Of a stretch of 64,000 bases of DNA, positions 58,334 to 64,000 are shown in pieces. Numbering within the stretch: the first letter of the stretch is position 1; every line of letters starts with the position of its first letter. Source of the DNA: Somniosus microcephalus (lineage: Eukaryota); assembly GCA_052327205.1 (NCBI GenBank), contig CM126209.1, positions 36,766,001-36,830,000 on the forward strand, written 5' to 3'. Below the pieces are notes generated by a model. The model was given only the letters and a program-made list of their open reading frames with translations, did not search any database and had not been told where the DNA came from. The translations under genes were made by a program, and so were the position numbers.

Positions 58334-61214
58334 ATCTATCAATGGCATAAACACCCTCCGGTTCACCGTGGGCAATGCTACAGGAGATTACATAGGATTA
58401 CATAGGATATACGGCACAGAAACAGGCCATTCGGCCCAATCAATCCATGCTAGCGTTTATGCTCCACTCAAGCCTCCTCCAGTCTTTCCTCATCTAAATC
58501 TATCAGCATAACCCTCTATTCCCTTCTCCCTCATATCCTTGTCTAGCCTCTCCTTAAATTCATCTATACTATTAGTTTCAACCACTCCCTGTGGTAGCGA
58601 GTTCCATATTCTCACCACTCTTTGGGTAAAGAAGTTTCTTCTGAATTTCCTATTGATTTCTTGGTGACTATCTTATATTGATGGCCTCTAGTTATGCTCT
58701 TCTCCACAAGTGGAAACAGTCTCTCTGTATCCACTCTATCAAAATCTTTCATAATTTTAAAGACCATTAGGTCACCCCTCAGCCTTCTTTTTTCAAGAGA
58801 ACAGACCCAGGCTGTTCACCCTTTCCTGACATATATATACCCCCGCATTTTTGGTATCATCCTTGTAAATCTTCTCTGCACCCTCTGCACTGCCTCTATA
58901 TCCTTTTTATAATATGGTGACAAGAACTGTGCGCAGTATTCTAAGTGTGGTCTAACCAAGATTTGATACAGGTTTAGCATAACTTCCCTACTTTTCAATT
59001 CTATTCCTCTAGAAATAAACCCTAGTGCTTGGTTTGCTTTTTTATGGCCTTGTTAAATTGTGTCGCAACATTTAGTGATTTGTGTATTTATATTCCGAGA
59101 TCCCTTTCTTCCTCTACCCCACTTAGACTTGCACCCTCCAAGTAATATGTGACTTCCCTATTCTTTCTAACAAAACGTAATAACTCACATTTATCTGTGT
59201 GGAACTTCATTTGCCAATTATATGCCCATTCTGCAAGTTTATTAATGTCCTCCTGTAATTTGTTGCAGTCCTCCTCAGTATTGACTATCCCCCCCAATTT
59301 GGTGTCATCAGCAAATTTAGAAATTGTGTTTTTGATTCCAAAGTCTAAATCGTTAATGTAAATTGTGAACAATTGGTCCCAGCACTGATCCTTGTGGAAC
59401 ACCACTTCCCACCTTCTGCCACTGTGAATAGCTACCCTTTACCCCCACGCTCTGCTTTCTGTCTTGAAGCCAGCCAGCAATCCATTCTGTTACTTGTCCC
59501 CTGACTCCGCATTCTCTGACCTTGTTCCATCAGTCTATTATGGGGTGCCTTATTGAAGGCCTTTTGAAAATCTAGATAAATTACATCTACTGCATTATCA
59601 TTGTCTACTCTCTATTACCTCTTCAAAAAATTCAATGAGGTTGGTCAAGCAAGACTTTCCCTTTTGAAATCCATGCTGACTATTCCTTATTACATTTTTG
59701 GTTTCTAGATGTTCTTCTATTTTCTCCTTTAGTAGGGATTCCATTATTTTTCCTACCACTGATGTTAAGCTGACTGGTCTATAATTCCCTGGACATGTTC
59801 TAGCCCCCTTCTTGAATATAAGTATTACGTTAGCTATCCGCCAGTCTTCTGGCAGTACACCTTTTTCTAATGAATTATTAAATATGTGTAGTAACGTCTC
59901 TGCTATCTCTTTCCTAGATTCTTTTAAAATACATGGATGCAATCCATCCGGACCAAGGGTTTTATGCTCTTTGAGTTTGATTAGTTTATTTAATTTATCC
60001 ACTCTTTTTATTTTAAATGCACTTATCTTATTACTAATCTCATCATCCAATGTCATGTCCACTGGTTCTATCTCCCTGGTAAATACTGAAGCAAAATAAT
60101 GATTTAATATTTCTGCCATCTCTCTATCGTTACCTGTGGTATTGTCCTGTCTATCCTTTAATGGTCCTATTCGCATCCCAACCTTCCTCTTTTTATTGAT
60201 GTGCCTATAAAATATTTTACTATTTTGTTTTATGTTCCTTATTTATTTCATTTCATAGTTCCTCTTTGCCTTCCTAATTGTTTTTTTTGACTTCTCTCCT
60301 AATCTCTTCGTATTCTCCCTTATCGTGCACTCCCTTCCTGTCCATGTACTTAATGTATGCCTCTCTCCTTACCCTCAATTGTTCCCTTGTGACTTTATTC
60401 ATCCATGGAGTCTCATTAGTGTTTAGTTTGTTCTTTCCTTTTAACAGAATATATTTTTCCTGCACTCTGTTGAACACCGTTTTAAATGTTTCCCATTGCT
60501 GCTCCACATCGTTGTTTGCCAATATTGTTGCCCATTTTATCTTCCCAAGTTCTATTCTCAGCCCCTCAAAATCAGCTTTTCTCCAATCTATTAACCTGGT
60601 TTTCATCATACTTATGTCCTTCTCAATTATCATCTTAAAGTGTATTAAATTATGGTCACTATTGCCTCGCTGTTCCCTTACTTTTACTTCTCTTATCTGC
60701 TCTGGCTCATTCCCCATTACTAGATCCAATAGTGAATCCTCACTTGTTGGGCTTTTTACATATTGGGTTAGAAAGGAGTCCTGTACACATTGTAGGAACT
60801 CCATTCCCTTATCCCCTTTACCTACCTCTTCTGTCCAATTAATATCAGGGTGGTTGAAATCCCCCATGATTATTATTCTATGTTTTTTACTCCTTTCCCC
60901 ATGTCTGCATATTTCTTCCTCCACCTCCCTTCCACTATTAGGTAGTCTGTAGACTACGCCTATTAGTGTGATTGATCCTTTATTAACAAACTGCCATTAT
61001 GTTATCCCTAATAAGTACAGCTACTCCACCTCCCATTTTTCCCTCTCTATCATTTCAAAATATGTTATACCCTGCAATGTTTAATTCCCAGTCCTGATTT
61101 TTCTATAGCCATGTCTCAGTAATCCCTACTATGTCTGGTTCCTCGCAACGCATGATTGCCTCCAGCTCCCCTGTTTTATTACAGACACTGTGTGCATTGC
61201 TGTACAGACAGTTT

Positions 61215-62060
61215 AGGGGTGATTTTGCCAATGGGGGCGCGTTGGAGGCGGGACTGCTGCTTGTCGGGTTTTAGTCCCGCCTCCATCGACTTGTGGTCAA
61301 CCCACGTTATTTTCCCTTGATTGACCTTGTTAAGCCCGCCCAGCAGGCTTAGCAGGCCAATTAAGGGGAAGTCGGTTACAGAGAATGTCAGCGTATGACG
61401 TTTCATCTGTCAAAAATTTTTGACAGGTGAATTGTCATCATTTGACAGCTTTGAGAAGCTGTCAATTACTGACATTCTCTGTTGTTTGGTGAGTTCTTGC
61501 ACTCAAGACTCACCAAACCTCTTTTGCGAGCAGAAAGCAGATGGCTGTTGCAACGGAGAAAGCAGCAGCCATTCTGTCATCTCTGCCATTGAGATGCCGG
61601 AGCCTCCGCATCTCCAACGATTGAAGCCTACTGGAAGAAACAAAGGTAACAAAACTTTTTCTATCACTTTTCACTCACCTCACATAATTACCTCTCCACA
61701 CTTGCACCCATCACTCACCTCCACAGCGCACTTTTGGACCCCTCCGACCCCCACAGACCCACTGCTCGCCTCGCTGACCCTGGTAGGGTTTCCCGACGTC
61801 GGGAAGCCCGCACCTCTGATGGAAAAATGGGGATAATCCTCTTAACTGCCTGTTAACTACCTGTTAACAGGCAGTTAAGTGGCTGAAATCCCCTTCCCGC
61901 CTCCAGGAGATGGAACCTGGCGCAGGTCGGGTACCCGCCTCCTGGGAAGATGGCACGGAGGCGGGTTGGGGGCGGGATGGGTACCCGCCCCCAGATTCTG
62001 CCATTTTCCCGGCAGTCCCACCTCCAAACCCGCCTCCCCAGGGCTGGCAAAATTGCCCCA
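61215..62060. mobile_element. Non-autonomous Harbinger element (846 bp)
   Basis: TIRs GGGGTGATTTTGCCA and TGGCAAAATTGCCCC, TSD TTT. The CR1 ORF2 start region (NELNCLYSNA) is restored when it is removed. Confidence 0.87.
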
Positions 62061-62412
62061 TTTAACTCATTTTTAATAGGATTTCCTCTCATTTTATGTT
62101 TAACCATCTTTTTAGACTCCTGTTCTATAACTCTATTTATTCCCTTGCCATCAATGTCCTCCCTTACTTTATTCTTTCCTATGCTCTCTTTTCCTGTTTT
62201 GTTTTATATTTAGGCTGGTTACGTTTCTTGTAGATCCCTTCCCCCATCTTACTAGTTTAAAGCCTTTGCCACCTCTCTATTTACCCTTTCCACTAGGACA
62301 CAGGTCCCATCCCGGTTCAGGTGGAGCCCGTCCCATCGGTACAGCTCCTTCCTGTCCCAGAACTGGTGCCAGTGTCCCATGAAAAGGAACCCCTCTTTCC
62401 CATTTCAGCCCT

Positions 62413-63202
62413 TTAGCCATGTGTTAATTCTCCTGATCTGTCTGCTTGTATGCCAATTTGCACATGGCTCGGCAATAATTCAGAGATTATTACCCTCGAG
62501 GTCCTGCTTTTTAATTTAGATCCTAACTCTTGATACTCTTTCAGCAGGACCTCCTCCCTGTTCCTACCTATGTTGTTTGTTCCAACGTGGACCACAACAG
62601 CTGGGTTTACCCCCTCCCTTTCCAAGTTCCTCTCCAGCCGCCATGAGATGTCCCTTACCCTGGCACCGGATAGGCAACACATCCTTCGGGATTCTTGTTC
62701 TTGGCTGCAGAGGACGCTATCTATCCCCCTAATTATAGAGTCCCCTATCACTACCACATTTCTATTCTGCTCTTTCCCCGCCTTGGACAGCCTTCTGAGC
62801 CACTGTGCCTTGGCCTGCATTGTGGCTGTCCTCCCTGCAATCTTTCTCCTTGTCCTCACAGGTAGCGAGTACATTGTAGCTGTTGGACAGGACCAGTGTC
62901 TGCGGGACCTCCTTCTCAACCTCTCCTAAATCCCCGCTACCCGTCTCCCTAACAGTCACACACTCCCTTTCCTGAACCTGTGCTTTCCTCTGGGATGTGA
63001 TTGTATTCTGGATAAAACTGTCCAGAAATTCCTCCCTCTCCCTTATGTGTCGGAGTGTCTCCAACTCGCACTCCAGCTCAATGACTTTGAGCTGGAGAGA
63101 TACAAGACGGAGACATCTCCTGCAGACGTGTATGCTTGGGACAGTCTCATTGTCCATAAACTCCCACATACTGCAGTCCAGATACACAACCTGCCCTGCC
63201 AT
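62413..63202 (-). pseudogene. CR1 ORF1 (Zn-finger, coiled coil, SGNH esterase), frameshifted
   Basis: CSMWEF...VCRRC..L..L..KV.ELE, VVVIGDSIIRGID and VVHVGTNN. Confidence 0.88.
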
Positions 63203-64000
63203 ATCTCAGTCTAGCCTTATTTTATTTATTTAATTAGTTAAAGTCCTTATTCAATGATTATTTATAGTTATATTAATTAGTTTTAACTAGTTAAGCTATA
63301 AATTTAATACAGTACGCTATAGTTTTCCGGTACTAGTTTAAACCACTGGCCTAGGTTAGAGAGAAAAAAAACTTTAATACTCACCAACCTGCTGTCATGT
63401 GACGTCACTCCTTGATTCTTTTTTTGCTCTCTCTCCCTCGCTCCCGCTCTTTTTAACCCCGCTGCTCTCGCTGGTCCCGCTCGCGCTCTGGCCTCGGGTC
63501 GCCGCTCCTTTTATCCTCACCAAGATCTGCTAGTTTGTTTTAAATAAGCAGACTGTGTTGAATTAAGTGGATTAAAAAAAAAATCCAGTCTATTGATGGT
63601 CTAGTCACTCAAAGTATTTCAATGTTGCTTAAAATGGCTTCTACGTTTTTCTTTATTTTGTCAGTGCATTGTCTAATATCAGCTTATCCTCTAATGAGAA
63701 ATGCTTGTGGCAGCCTAAATAATAAAGTATAAAGAATGCCCTCTTTATAATGTGCCTTTTTAATATGGCTTCCCAAGTGATGTTATATTTTGCCTGTACT
63801 AATAAAAGGCAAGTTATTGGATGTCCTTGACAAGCGAATAGATAGAATTTGCAGGAGATTCAGTACAGTGCATTGAGTGCTGTAATGTGTTGCCTCGTGG
63901 ACTGGTAGAGTGTGGATCTGAACCTCTGAACCACCAAACTGCGGGTTCCCAGTCTTAGCAGAATTGTCAATGAGGCACCAAGCAGATATTTGGCACATCC

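Larger units (their letters stand above)
58385..63520 (-). mobile_element. Near full-length CR1 LINE (5' UTR, ORF1, ORF2, tail), decayed and split by a MITE
   Basis: ORF1 with Zn-finger/coiled coil and SGNH esterase, APE endonuclease (GDFN, SDH), RT (QHGF, FADD), and a (GATTACATAG)n tail on +. Confidence 0.94.

Overview
This is repeat-dominated vertebrate genomic DNA, most likely from a cartilaginous fish, judged from its Deu-domain tRNA SINEs, CR1/L2 LINEs and Harbinger families. No host protein-coding gene is recognisable. The window holds three Ty3/Gypsy LTR retrotransposons on the minus strand: a Mag-like copy running off the left edge, a young single-ORF CsRN1-clade copy, and a decayed copy with a PNMA-like gag. 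It also holds two PIF/Harbinger transposons with both genes (Myb/SANT plus DDE transposase), one internally deleted Harbinger, several Harbinger and hAT MITEs, and many nested CR1, L2 and SINE copies. The standout is an LTR-bounded endogenous viral element at 55106-58333 (TSD ATCT) that has lost gag/pol but keeps a ~718-codon envelope frame with three nonsense codons and no frameshift. The envelope is built like a paramyxovirus F protein (lokiretrovirus-like) rather than a standard retroviral Env, and carries an extra N-terminal Cys-rich domain and a mucin-like stalk. All family assignments come from motif recognition by eye; no database search was run.
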